A stretch of 64,000 bases of DNA, taken from the NCBI GenBank assembly GCA_964035545.1, contig OZ037768.1, forward strand, positions 5,860,741 to 5,924,740. The letters run 5' to 3'. A program made the position numbers and the translations under genes. This stretch comes from Bugula neritina. Taxonomy: Eukaryota; Animalia; Bryozoa. The notes beneath the pieces are model-generated. The model ran no database searches and had not been told where the DNA came from. It saw only the letters and a program-made list of their open reading frames with translations. Shown here one piece after another: positions 40,101-53,799 of this stretch. Positions within the stretch are counted from its first letter, which is position 1. The number at the start of each line of letters is the position of its first letter.

Positions 40101-43100
40101 AACTGACTGCCAGGTTACAATCTTATTTGCTTCATCAGAATGATCCGGATATTTCTAAAAGGCAGGTCAACATATAAAGGCTAGGATGAGTGCAATCAAG
40201 CTATAATGGATACGGTGCATAGTTGAAACACTGGAGAAAAACTCATTAAGATTGCAAACAATCTTGCTCGATTAATATTATACAAAACTTCAAGACCTTT
40301 CTTTTCAATGACAGATTATTTTATAACTGAGAGTGCCTTTACAGAACACCAAACTGCTTGCTTGAAATTATATAACAGTTCACTGCAGTCCTTACACTAA
40401 TGAGTGTAAGTAGTTTCAAAATGAAACAACTACAACATGCGGCACCAAATGTAGGACAGTTCTGAACACACGGTGTTAGCAGACGCAAGCATGGCAATGT
40501 ATGCGCACAACAATAATGGTAAAATGCGACTATGACGCAAAGCAATGTGATTACAAAGCTCACTCTAGTGCTTGTGGCATCACGAGGAGCACAACTGGAG
40601 TGTAAGAAAGTCATTAATAAAAACAAGGATATCATTAGACTTGTGGAAATGAAATCAGAGTGAGTAGCAACTAATAGAGGCAAAGGGCAAGCACTAAACA
40701 CTACTGAAAGCCACTACACAACTTTATGCTGCTTTTTATGAATCTTACGGCTTCTGACGGCATGGAGATGTGACTATACGCTGGCTGATAACTAGTTTTA
40801 CGACTACGAAGGCTAGTAGAAGCCCGACTAAACATGCTGACTCTACGTAGTCTTTCGAAGAGATAAACAGAACGCCGCCTCTCTCCACTATCAGCGTATG
40901 TGTCAGCATATGTGTCAGCATACGTGTCAGCATATGTGTCAGCGTAAGCAGCCTAGATGTGATAAAACAGCATCACTACTGTCAGCCAAAATTTAGTTTA
41001 CAAACTCAGTTTGCTAGTAGATATAAATGCAAACAATAAATGTTATAATAAAAACTCTGCTAACAAATAAAACATATATATTATTATAATGCTAAAAATT
41101 TGGTGAATAGTAATGATGAACTCGTGTAGTCCCCACTGCCAATATAATGCTATTCCTTCACTGAATATCTAACAAGCACGAGGGTACATCTCTTAACACG
41201 AGATGTATGAGCTGCATTACGTTACTGAAGAAGTTTCTCACTTTACATGAGCTTCCAAAGCAAAGTTAATTGCAAGTGAGTACGTTTTGTTCAAAGCAGT
41301 AACATGTAAGAATGAATAAGCTATCCAAGAACAAGAAACTACATCCTGTGTTTTAAAACTTTTTGTAGGGCTTTGCACCTGGTATATCACAATGAAACTG
41401 CACCCGTATTATATGCAAATACAAGAAAGAATAATGTGAAACATGAGTCATTTATTATAAAAGTCATAAAAAAGAAGCAGGGCAGTCATATAGTGAACCA
41501 ACATACAGAAGGACTAAACTTGTAACCAACATTTCCTTTCGCATTTTTAATATCGAGAAGTTATTTAAATTTTACTTTCTATTGTCAATCAAGAAACAGT
41601 TAGAAACGATAGCAAGGCTGATGCAAAAACAACTTGTAGAAATCATTAGAACTACAGCAACTGAAGAACAATGAAATAGCTACGGCCATTCTTTTGATGA
41701 AAACCATTCTACTCAAAAGTTGGAGATGTAGAAATGCTGGCTTCACATGTTAACTACACACTACTGTATGACTCACCTCTATTCGGTTGCTCACACCTTC
41801 CAAGTCAGGTAAACTTTCGCTGTAACTGCAAGACATCTGTCCGTCTTCTTCCAGCTCCTCGATACGCTCCTCCACAGTTTGGGGTAACTGCTGTAGCTCT
41901 TCCTTACTCTTGAAGTCCAGGCCAATTATACTGAAGGGAACTAGTATACCAGCAATGACCTGTTTAACACACAAATCATCATCAAGCTTCGAAATAAATT
42001 ATTTAACTATAGGTATAACTAGTAAATACTGTGAAATTATGTTACACCAATTTCATTGATTAAAAGTACAAACATGTACAACCCATGTACTAATAATATC
42101 TTGTATATAAACATAGTCTTACCATCCAGGCAGAGCTCTTGTTCATCCTAAGTCCACCCATCCACATGTCACTAATGAGATTCTGACAACATGGGTGGGC
42201 TAAAAGTTCCCTCATGTTAGCGCTGTGGGCCAGACTCATGCACGTCTGGTTGGAATAGCTCTTGAGCTGATAGGTTAGCAGCTTGTTGGCCAGGTCGTCA
42301 TCCTCCTTGTAGCAGTGGTCTAGAATGTCTACGGCAAGCTTCTGGAACTCTCTACATTCAAAGATGGCGGCCATATTGGAAACATGCTCAACTCAAACTA
42401 GAAACTGAGTTGTATCTAAATAGTCAAGCGAGGCATTGAATTAAACACATGAAATAAGCAGACTTCTTACTTGGCGTATTCATAGAGCTCTTCGGAGACA
42501 ACATTGTCCACTAAAGGTTCGTCTATTGCTTCCCTAGCCAGTGACTTGTACAGCTTACAAGCAAATATAGCCTACAAAAACAAGCTATTTATATGCAGAT
42601 ACAGACAAATAACTCTCAGTAACAAGGATACAGATATAAAGTAAGGAAACATGGCTACAGTGTCATAGAAACATAGTACGAAGGTTGACTAAAAGTCTAC
42701 CTTAACAAGAGCTTCTTCTTGACGTCTCCACATGAATTTAGCCATCTTCTGCCTCTTTAGCAGCACAGCCCAGGTCAAGAGGTCACTGAAAGGAAAAGGA
42801 AAGACGCCCTCCTCTGATGCTGTTTGATCTGAACCGCCTTTCTGTAAAAACATACATCCATTGAAATGATGACTCATAAATTTTCCCAACTATAATGTAT
42901 TTATTGTTGAAGAATTAGAAAATATAATCTATACAAGTAATGTTCCATTTATGTCAGCAATTCTCAAACTAAGCATTAATCTACCAGGATACAAAACCCC
43001 ATAAATCACAGGTTACTTTTGTTTACTTACATCATGAATGTTTGCACGTGACCGATAAATAGATCGGAATTTTCTCCGGCAATATTTGGAGCGATATGCT

Positions 43101-46100
43101 CCGCCCATTAATTTCTCAATCACTCCACCAACATCAAGGAGAGTAACCCGAGAGTTCATTGGTCTATGTTTGCGCACATCTCTCAGTATCATATGAAGAG
43201 TGCTGGTCGGACCTACTTTCTAGAATTTGAATAAAGCAAATTTATGAATTGAATTCAGCAAACATAAGTAATATTTCTGTTCATCACCAAAAGAAACTAC
43301 TATATCTCAATGTCATACCAATGTCAAGGTATGCTTGTTAAAAAATTCATAGAAAACTCTAAACAATCTACATAAAACCTCTAGATATTCTACTGAAAAC
43401 GTCTGGATAATCTTACAGTGTTATAGAGCTCTTCTAAGTTGGATATAGTCAAGAACTCAGTCATATTAACTCCCTTTTCTAGGAGAAGCTGAACAAAATC
43501 CACTTTGTTCTGTACGAGTGCGTCCAGCATAGCCTGCTGCAGTGACCCCTCCTAAAAACACCACATTCTTAAGAAGTTGTTACCAAACCAACAAATAAGT
43601 GAAAAGAAGGGAGGGGGGGGGGGTTCTGGATTACTCATGGGGCATTGGAACTGATGCTTATATAACTTAATAATTGAAAATTAGATTCAGTAAATAAACA
43701 GCTACACTCAACAGAGTTGAATATATCTCTGATATCAACACCTACGATACTAGAGAAGGAACTTTGAGATACTCATAAAATTCATGGTGCATTTTCAATT
43801 AGCCTCCAATTATAGCAATGAAACACCATATTAGCACACAGATAAGGTGATGAGGGAAAATCAAATGATACTACTGATCATATTAATAGGGAGCAGACTT
43901 GGTCTAGAGGTTAGAGCATTGACTTAGTAAGCCTGTAGTCATGGGTTTGATTCCCAGTAGAAGGACATTGGTGATGTTAGGAAAACCACTCAGTCATAAT
44001 TGCTTCTTTGCTCCATCGAATAAGTCCTTAGCCCAATTTAACAAAAAAAAACCCTTCCACCAGGGGCTTCTCACAGGAATAGTGACTATAAACTATAAAG
44101 GTGCGGGGACTTTTCTTTGATGATATTACTGATGACACTACAGGTGATATTACAAAAATAGAGTAGTAAGTCCCCAGCTAGCTCACTGTTAGCTTTGACA
44201 GCTTAACTCATACCAAAGCAACGCACCCAGCTGATGTAATGCATAATGCATATATATAAACCACAGAATAATGAACAGAGCACAATGTTGCATCAAATGA
44301 CATTTTCATGTGATAAAAGTTTAGCAGAAGATAAAGAGTTATTAATTCAGGAATATACTTACCGGCCATTCCTGGCCATATGTGAATATGTGACTGCGGG
44401 CCACATCAACCCTGTCCCACGAGAGAGCCAGATTGAGCTGCTGAGGAGCACTGGTATTGTGACTAGTGAGTAGTGCTGTGAGTATGGGCAAGTCCATGTC
44501 CTGAGTCTGCTCTCCCATACGGAATATCGTTATCTGTATTACAAATAATAAATATAACTATAGTTTCTATGGCAACCCTTAAAATACTGTAATGAACACT
44601 CAAAATACTGTAATGATTACTCAAAATACTGTAATGATTACTCAAAAAACTGTTATGAACACCCGAAACCATCCTATGGTCATTACTGACCACTTTCATA
44701 TTTACAGCAAGTTCCACACTTGAAAACATATTTAAATGCAAACCACTGTAACCTGAATGGGTGGTGTTACTTAGAATTTATTATTTCTAAGAATTGCGCT
44801 GCGTTGTGTATTGTAAAAATACAATCGATTGAGACATAAGCTAATAAAATGAAAAAAAGCTAGAAATTCCCACCTACCAAATGTTTCTTTTTCATACACA
44901 TTATCAGTTCATTGTACAGCCTCTCAGCTGAGTAATCATTGTAACTGAAGGTCTTCTTAATAGTGCCAATCAGCTGATCTTTCAATTGTTTAGGCAAGTT
45001 TCTACAAACAATTTTATCTACATTGAATTCACCATGATAACTGCATTATTATTAATCAAATACCCATTTATCACTTACTAATTAGTTAAACTAATATAAT
45101 TGTGAACTGGCAATAGATTATTTTCCTAATTTCCTTTTAGGTAATTTGAATTACCTCAGGTTTATTATTCAAGACATGAAGTCACAAAATAATTATGATA
45201 ATGAGCATAACGGGAGTGAAGGGGATGTTGACGCAGCCTATCAAAGGGTAGGGGTAATCAATTTGAGTACAATTCAGTGCGACCACGGTACCGCCATTTC
45301 TTTATTTACATATTATTCTGATATCTATAAATATTGCGACTAAAAATAATTAAAAGCTTTTAATAAGCGGCAACAGTACAGCTGGTCTGATATGCAAAAA
45401 AGTCTAGAGTAGTGTGATGTAATCCGACCCACCCTTCCTCACTGCTATACTTGTGCACGAAGGCTATGAGATCCGCAGCTCTACCGCTTCCATCACACAC
45501 CACTACGGGCACTGGAGGGGTGCCCGTGAGGTAGTCTAGAACCGTTCTGATGGTGTTACTACCTCCCTCCAGTATCAGGCACACTATAGGCACGCCATAT
45601 CCTTTTGAAGGTTTCTCCCCTCCTAAATTTAAAAAAAATTCAATAGAACAAATAAGTTTCAATTACTTTTGTTGTTGATCACAAGATCTGTGAATATGAT
45701 TATTGGAATCTATTAAATAAAAAAATTTTAAATGTCAAATAAAACGTTTTTTGTAAAATTATCCTTTGCTTGGTGTTGATAAATTATTAGTAGATATGCA
45801 TAAACAAATCTATGTCTAATATATCAATTGCTCTTTGCAATTAAAGTGCTGGTTTCCTGACATCTGGTACTTTTTATATGAGCAGAAATTACTTGGCATA
45901 AGGTGTGTTCCTCATCATAACGACTTGTATGATACGGAAGGGCAAACGTATGCTACAAAGGTATTGCGCAAGATTAAATAATAAGTTAATGATGTATTTT
46001 TGGGGAATATTACCGTCTGTCTACCTTAATTATAGTGAGTCTCAACTTTCTAATCATATAACAAGCAGAAGACAGGTTGCCTAAGACCTGCAAAACTTCA

Positions 46101-49100
46101 TTTTGATATTTATTCCTGGATTTTAAAATGTATTTTGAGTGATCCTAAAATATATTTGAGAAACAAGCTGAAACATTGAAGATACTCTGATTATAATTCT
46201 TGATGAATGTTTGAAATATCAACTCATGAGCACACCAGACTACTACTAAAGACAGCCTTATCTGTTGAAAACACTGTCAAAGGCGGATATCTTAGAATTT
46301 TGCCAAAAATTGGTATAAAAGCTTGCTATTCAATTTACACCAAAAAGACCATAAAGATAAGTATATAATACATAACTATAGACAATCATGTAATATAATT
46401 GTTTATATGCAATATTTCAAAACTTTGAAGATTTTTACACTGAGGAGCTCTAAACGACACAAGTTGTAATTTCCACATGAGTAAACTGAAACTTGGGCTT
46501 AATGCAGGTACTATGTTGTTTTTGCCAACAGTTACTTTATATTAACCGTTAGCATTTCCATTGTTTTTCATTAAAATGCTGGTATTATAACGCAAGAAAA
46601 TGCAGGCCTGACACACACATGTCCTATATAGGCTACTAGTAGTATTTTTATTTTATAACTAGAAGACGGAAAGGAAATTACCAATAGTTCAACACCATCC
46701 ACTATAACTGATATATTCTAATGTTCTGATAAAACATACTTGGCAATATTTGCAATATTTTCAACTGTTGTATTTTAATGTTTTGATAAAACATACTTTG
46801 CAAGACTTTCTACGCACGTATTTTATCCACTAGATCAATTGAATCACACTCATAGAAACAGACTGAATTTGTAATCAATTTTGATATCAGCTGCGTATGA
46901 AAACTTACGTATATGAATTCTTTGGTGACTGATGTATCGTTCCAGCCTCTTTCTCAACACGATATCTGCTCCGTACTTGGCCTCAGTGCCATTATCAGCT
47001 AAGAGGAAATAGTTGTGACTCGAGTTGAGCAAGGCCGTGTTGTTTCGAGGATGAGCGGCGGCGTGGTAGTCTACGGTTTTCTAGAAAATTCCACCTCAAC
47101 TCAATATCGTTTCACAGAAAACCACAACAAATTCTCCGCATAGACTTTACATGAAACTAGGACTAATTTTTAAATAATAAAACAGATAGTCTCTCTGTTA
47201 ACTTGCTAAATTATACCTAAGAAACTCCACTAACTTATCAGCTACTGTATGAAATTCTCAGAACTTATCACAAAACACAGATTGCAAAAGTGGTGACAAA
47301 GACATGAGATAGAGGCATATCTAGGCAGGAAATATAGAACATTCTATTGAGAGACCAGTGCCAGCAGGACAAATGTGTTCAACATGTCATTATGTAAATC
47401 GTGCCGCTATGTATGAATATCAATGCATCACAGTAACACAGTTCAGCATAAAGATTCAATACAAGGTTCATATCCTAGGCATTATTTGGAAATTCATAAA
47501 TAACAGCATATTATACAAGCGGCATTTATTATGTTCTATTTTTACTCACATCTTTACCAATCAAATCATTTCTACGGTGAACTACGCCCCAAGGAGCAAT
47601 ACCAATGGCTACGGTGTGCTTCTTTCGCTTTTTCATAGACTTTTCTGCCAATGCTGAGCCCACATGACGCATCACACCTTTTGAGATAACAAAAATATGC
47701 TCTCAAGTATGTTATTGATTGCAGCGGTCTTCTATTAATATCATTAGGAAGCTAATGACATTGTACAAGCAAGCTTGCTATGACTTGTCTATGTAATATA
47801 AAAGGTTTGTCAATGAGATTAACAGCTGTAACAGAACATAAAGCCTGACAAAATACTGTAGAGCCCAGTCTAACTAGAGCTGAAGTACTTAGTACTATAC
47901 CATAATGAAGTCATACATCCAATTACTAAAGGTTACACCATGGGTAGCAACACACCACATTGTGAAAGTAGAAAAACTTGCGTAGATATACCTGTGTTTG
48001 TTCCGCCAGTGATGATCCATGCCCCAGTTGTATTGACAGCTTTCAGTAAACCTTTGTTGAAGACCCTCTTTAGTTTGGGCTGGAGGTCAAAGTTCGCTAT
48101 GCCACCATGCACCGATATAAGAAGTTTGGGCAACTCCAACTGCCAGTGGTGTAACAATAGCTGTAATATTCTCTCAGGGGGTGTATGGTAATCCAGTCTC
48201 ACGTACTAGAAACAGTAGACATTCAAATAATCATCAGATTTAGCAACAATATATACAATGTTGGGTCTAACTTTATTAGTGCACACATTATGTAACAGTT
48301 AATGTGCTTGTTGAATTAAACCATATAAATCTATATATGACACCTCTTCAAATAGTATTATAATAAAATATTGACCATTCACCTACACCATGTGTTTTCT
48401 TATAATTGCCCAAGGCTGCAGTTGTATCACACAAAACATAATGGTAGTTGACACGAACACCTGACTTGACACCTGCACCTGAGTGCCTTCATGAATATTT
48501 ACCAGTAAATGGAAATATTTTAGTGGCTGAAAATACTTTGATATATATTATTCTGTCGATCATTAGCAGCTTAAAAATGTGGAACAGGTAAAATTGTTTT
48601 CACAAAATGTCTAGCTAACCACTTCTCAGGTGAAAGTGATGAAAATTGACTGTAGTCTGGGAACGTAGAGGTGATGCGTTGTAGTGACAGTTATGTCATA
48701 ATAAGAGAAATGAAGAAATTGAAAAAAGCCTGTGTTCTAGATTAATGTAGCAAAAGAAGTTATGTTCTCGCAAGAATTTCAACCCACGCCCCAAACCTAA
48801 ATTTGATAATAAAATTAAAGAACTTGGGCTATCTCAATTTCCCCACTACTGCTCCAAAGTGGAGAGAACCAGCGTGAAGGAAGCTATCAATATTCAATAT
48901 AAAGACCTATAACATTGGTTGAGCTAAAAAATTGGCAAAGCAGCCAGCAATTGAAAAGTTTTTTTACCTGTGCTTTAGTAGCATAGCACGGTGTTCCTTG
49001 AAAGTCTATTTGACCAAAGGCGTCGGTTGGGGATATTTTCGTGTGCCTGTTTGCTTGCCAGTTGTCCGTGTAGTTCTTGGTGGAGGTAACATCTAGAGGA

Positions 49101-50927
49101 TGTTGCAAGACATGATGTCCGCACACACACCTACACATTTTATATTTAGATTTTATAGAAAAACTAAAAAAAACTGATATAATACAAAAAATACCCCACA
49201 GCATAAAGTGTTATAAACTAGATATTATAGCAACCTATATGCAACTTGATATTTACATTACATTTGGATGCAGAAAAAATTAAACTAAATTTCTTAAACT
49301 ATTTATTGTTTTTCTACGAAAGTAAGTAAAATGCAAAATGTGGCAAACAAAAAAATACCAATCTAATTTAATATAAATGCACTACATTCTTATTGGTTTA
49401 CAGTTGAAGTTAGCCTTTAAAGCCAAAGAGTCAATTATCAGCTGAATTTAGTCATTTGTAGTATATTTGAAGAAGCCACTGGAGACTACTAAGCAAATAA
49501 AAAAGACAAGTAGCTGATGTGATGAGAGAGTGTGTACTTATGTTAGACCTGTAGAATATAATGTTACTGCTACTAGCCTAGTATAATGCTATTATAATTA
49601 CTACTCCATAATATAAGAACAATTTACAATAGTCATAACATATTAATGATGATGCACTACAACTATTATTGCTGTTGCCAGAACTAATACTGTGGAACAA
49701 TCTAAAACATTGTTATGCCATCTTACTGTACTCTAGTTCACAATTAAATGTAGTTCTCTATTAGTCAACATCCTGAATGCTTTGCTTCAGTAAAGTGCCT
49801 ATTCTTTAGCATTTTTCAGCTACAGATAGTATCACAGCTGAGCATTCTTTAAGTGCATACAGAAGAACATTACCAGAGACGAGCCACTGACAATGCCTGG
49901 CCTACAGCTCACCTATCTCGTTGTTCACCGTTGTTATTTGTTGGCACAAATTTCGCACATTCACGCTTATTGAATCCCCTTTCAATCCAAAAATCTTTTA
50001 CCTGCAACTTAAAACAGTAAATAGCTGTCTAATATCAGTATTGACATCTCACTTTATCTTACAAAAATCATCCTTTAGCTAAGGGAAAGCAACAAAGACA
50101 GACCACTTTACATAGTTCAAGTTTCACAAAAGCTCTGAATCATTCTTGTCACAAAAACTTACCCAATAAGGGTATTAATTGTTATCTGATGGCAACCACG
50201 GTATGCATATATTGTGTTTTGTTCTTAGTGAAAACCGGAAGTGTACAACATCTCATTATTGCTAGCTGAAGAATCAGTTATCAAGCTTGAGTTGCTCTCA
50301 AGCAAATGAATAAACCGTTAGTAATTAAATTTATACTGAATAAATTATTAAGGTTACATTTTGAATACAACTAGGGCCAATGAAGGAAACCCGAAATTTA
50401 CATAATTTAATTCAGCTATAGGTCTACCAGACCAAATAGGACAACGGCATTAATTTTTGAAAAACAGCAACACCTAAAAATTGATGTATTTACTTGTACT
50501 TTAACCTTTAACAGAATTTATACGTATAAGTTTGCCTATAGAACACAGAGATGACATTTTGAGTATATTAGCCTACCTTATTAGGAATGTTGACAATTGA
50601 AGACTTAATAGAAGATTTTGCTGACATCGAATGATTAACAGAAATTCCATCTGAAATTCAAAATAAGAAAATATTAGAATTTTCAAACACGCCAAAAAAT
50701 ACTTTAAATGCCAAAAACACACGTGCAAACATTAATAAAGTTTTAAATAACTATAAATACACATTATGCATAAGCTCTCTAATACAATATAGCAAGTGAA
50801 CACAAATATTTCCAACAAGGGAAATTGCAAAGGTGAAAACGCCTTTAATGTGTCATTGCAAATGAGATTTACCTGGTAGGTTTGCCGAACTGACTGATTT
50901 CTCGTTCATTTCTATCATGGTATTCAT
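31196..50927 (-). CDS. TRPM: TRPM cation channel, TRPM1/3-like (no kinase or NUDT9H domain), ~1726 aa
   Basis: 32 phase-consistent exons: 50927-50873, 50650-50577, 50001-49913, 49130-48968, 48205-47992, 47677-47550, 47080-46909, 45622-45433, 45001-44878, 44533-44363, 43551-43417, 43219-43031, 42841-42701, 42571-42471, 42351-42123, 41959-41777, 40952-40749, 40154-40077, 39865-39698, 39465-39334, 39224-39126, 38450-38295, 37923-37749, 37436-37322, 36760-36570, 36054-35922, 35068-34962, 34220-33870, 33167-32968, 32510-32261, 32031-31817, 31444-31196. Motifs: [51 protein letters not shown], pore [29 protein letters not shown], coiled coil, [10 protein letters not shown]. The first two exons and the start codon are less certain. 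Confidence 0.95.
36806..36872. repeat. 14-bp tandem repeat (CTTACACAGTGTAG), ~4.5 copies, TRPM intron
   Basis: Direct reading of the sequence. Confidence 0.85.
43890..44100 (+). mobile_element. tRNA-derived SINE-like element, copy 2 (TRPM intron)
   Basis: TGGTCTAGAGGTTAGAGC A-box, GGTTTGATTCCC B-box, and a body shared with 398-610. Confidence 0.7.
44581..44662. repeat. 21-bp tandem repeat (CTCAAAATACTGTAATGATTA), ~4 copies, just upstream of a TRPM splice acceptor
   Basis: Direct reading; it explains the NHYSILS repeat in spurious ORF 44463-44741. Confidence 0.88.
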
Positions 50928-51391
50928 TGTAGATTGGAGTAGTGAAACTGATAGCAATTATTGTTGAGTTAATCAGCAAAACAATTTAATCTAATTTTCA
51001 AACAATTTAAATAATTTTCATTAAAAGAGATGATCAGAATGCAACTATATGTACGTGTAGATGCAGCTGCTCATCTGAGGTTATGGAGGACGAAAAATTC
51101 CGTGTTCAGCAATTTCCATTTGCACAATCAGTAAAAAGATTGTATGTCGTTGCAATCCCCATGGGTTCCTTGGAGATTAGAACAGAAGAGCTGTCAGCCA
51201 AGTTGTCGTGAGCTACAAAAATATATATTACTGTAAGTTGACTGGGGGCAGCTTAAATCTAAAGAATAAGCAGCAACATGAGTACTAATCAGATTGCACC
51301 ATATAATGCAAACATGGTGTTAGTGTAACCATAAAAGAAGTTTAAAAAATCTTCTATAATATGTAGTATAGAATATAAAGGAAATAAAATC

Positions 51392-51455
51392 TATAGTAAT
51401 ATATAGTAATATAGTAATATATAGTAATATAGTAATATATAATAATATAGTAAAA
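51392..51455. repeat. AT-rich tandem repeat (ATATAGTAAT-based, 18-bp higher order)
   Basis: ATAGTAATATATAGTAAT repeated. Confidence 0.8.
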
Positions 51456-53799
51456 TAATAATATCTACTATAGTGTATTAGGGAAATAAGATCGAGTGCA
51501 GAAAAGATATACAAGTAGTCTTAATAAAAACTGAGACATTTAGAAGCCTGCGATTGTAGAAACAAGTAAAAAGTACAGCAGTAAACTTCACCACGAAAAT
51601 AACAAGACAATTTGCAATTTAATTTTGCATCTTCTTTTATTAGAATTCACAAGAAGAAAACATTAATATAAGCATGATTGTGAAAAATTCAAGCTTTCAG
51701 ACTGATGTGTTATATTTTCACAAAATGAAGCCTCACTTCGAAATGAAACGATAAACACTAAAATTCCAAGCTAGCACATTTTAAAGGTGCAATTGTAAGT
51801 TAGACAAAACTTTAATGTTATATACCTAAATATTAATCCACAGTGTAAAACTACGCTTCAATATTTTTTTCACAATAAGTTCTTAAATACTTATAAAAGC
51901 AGATATATTCCAGGCGTATCAGTATTTCTTGATCGAATGTCGATATCAACTTAGTTTGATTTCCTTAAATAGCCCAGGTTGGTAGGGTGTGCCACACATC
52001 AACTCTTAATTAGTAAACGTGATTAGGGTGAGGGCTCACCATTATTACAACATTTACATATTTAATGTAATCACGACACACAAGATAATTAGTTTGCAAG
52101 TGGTTTGTGATGTATAAACTCTCCAACATCTTTCTACCGTTAGATGGCCTACTTCCACACTTCAAATTCTAATTTTAAGGCAATTATTATCCCATGCTTA
52201 CTATCAGTTAAACTTAGGTCTAATTTTCAAAGCTAAAATGGGCTTTTTTTCTTTCAAAGTTGCATATGGTATATCTATTATTAGCATAATTGATAATTTC
52301 ACAACTGCGTGAACTGTATTTAGATGCAATTGACCTAGATGGAGTTTCAGGGCAGAATAAAACATGGTACTGAAATTATATATTGTAAATGAGCTACCCA
52401 AAAGAATTTAGATGCAGTAACAAACAAATTTCAGTAATTTTAAATTTTTTAAGGAGTTTTGATTTGGGGCACATGTTTAAATTCTTGCAAAAACATAAAT
52501 AGTTTTGTCACATTTCTCATATAAAAAAATCATGTTTTTTCCAGCTTCTCCATTACTACACTTACATCTCAAAAAATTGCAAAGTTTTTTTTTTTTGAAT
52601 TAACTTATAAAATGTTTTAAAGTCTTTATACCTTAAATGTTAGATAAAACTCAATTCGGTCCAACATATGTTTGCAAATGCACAGCAAGTGCTCACTACA
52701 AAAGGTTTTGCAGCTAAAATAAAGGTTTGTTCCATTTACATTAAATGCTAGCTAATATTATTAATGCATATTATTTTCATAATGACATCCACTTTTAAAT
52801 TTTTACAATGTCCCGTGTAGGACTACAGTTAGATAGGTAAGAAAATAAACATTAAATTTTAGATATGCAATCTTATTCAATACTTAAGGCAATTATGGGA
52901 TACCTGTTATTTATTTTATACAGGTTAACTCTGGAGTTATTGCGGAAAATAATAAACTTATAATTGATAAATAATAGAGATGTCATTTTATGACTGGAGA
53001 CTCATATTCTCAGGTAGAATATAAAATAATAATGTCAAAATTAATGATATTTTAAATAATGAATATTTTTGTAGCCTATAAATTGACAATATAATTATAA
53101 TATTAATTACATCTTAATCATGAATAATGCTGAAAGTAAAGGTCCTTTTAATAATCAAAACACCAATAAAAATTGCAAACAAAAATACCGAAGAAATAAT
53201 TAAAAACACCATTATAAAAAAACTATCAATAAAACAAAATTCTTTGTTGCAATAGTTAATTATAGAAATATAAAACTACAGCAAAACACCAATCATCAGA
53301 ACACACACTTTATATTTAAAGTATATAATACAATATGCCATATATTCTAGTCTTACTAATACATCAAATTTAAGAAAAATTGTCAATATTTACACTACAC
53401 TTGATGACTTATGCTACCAACATAAGCAATTTCAAATCTATTAAGATTAAAAGCTTCATATCAAATATCAGAAGAGTGAAATTTAGGAAAAATTTGGCAG
53501 ATTATTAAAAAAAGGTGAAATTTTTAATTTATCAATTGATTTGATATAATATAATAAATAGATAAAATTTACAGCACAACAAAAACTATGCAAGTGTACC
53601 AAAAAGCCTAAATATAACATAAACTATATTAACTCTAAGCTACACAACAGTTTGTGAATCTCAGTTTGGCCTTAGATTTGAGATTTAAAAGTGACAAAGT
53701 AAAGCATAAAATGATTACCACACAAAACTTCAAAATAAAACTCATCTGTCACCAAAAATAGAGCTAAATTTAAAATTTACATGTATGTCCTAAGCTTAA

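Noticed and set aside
40339-40933. ORF-track proteins 40339-40701 and 40745-40933
   Set aside because: The first has no homology or splice support. The second is the wrong frame of the proposed TRPM exon 40952-40749.
45780-46650. Possible decayed retroelement or Helitron in a TRPM intron (minus-strand AFDSV-like peptide near 46275-46290; CTAG near 46636)
   Set aside because: Only a 5-residue match among stop codons, with no other RT motifs and no clear subterminal hairpin. It cannot be supported without a Dfam or tBLASTn search.
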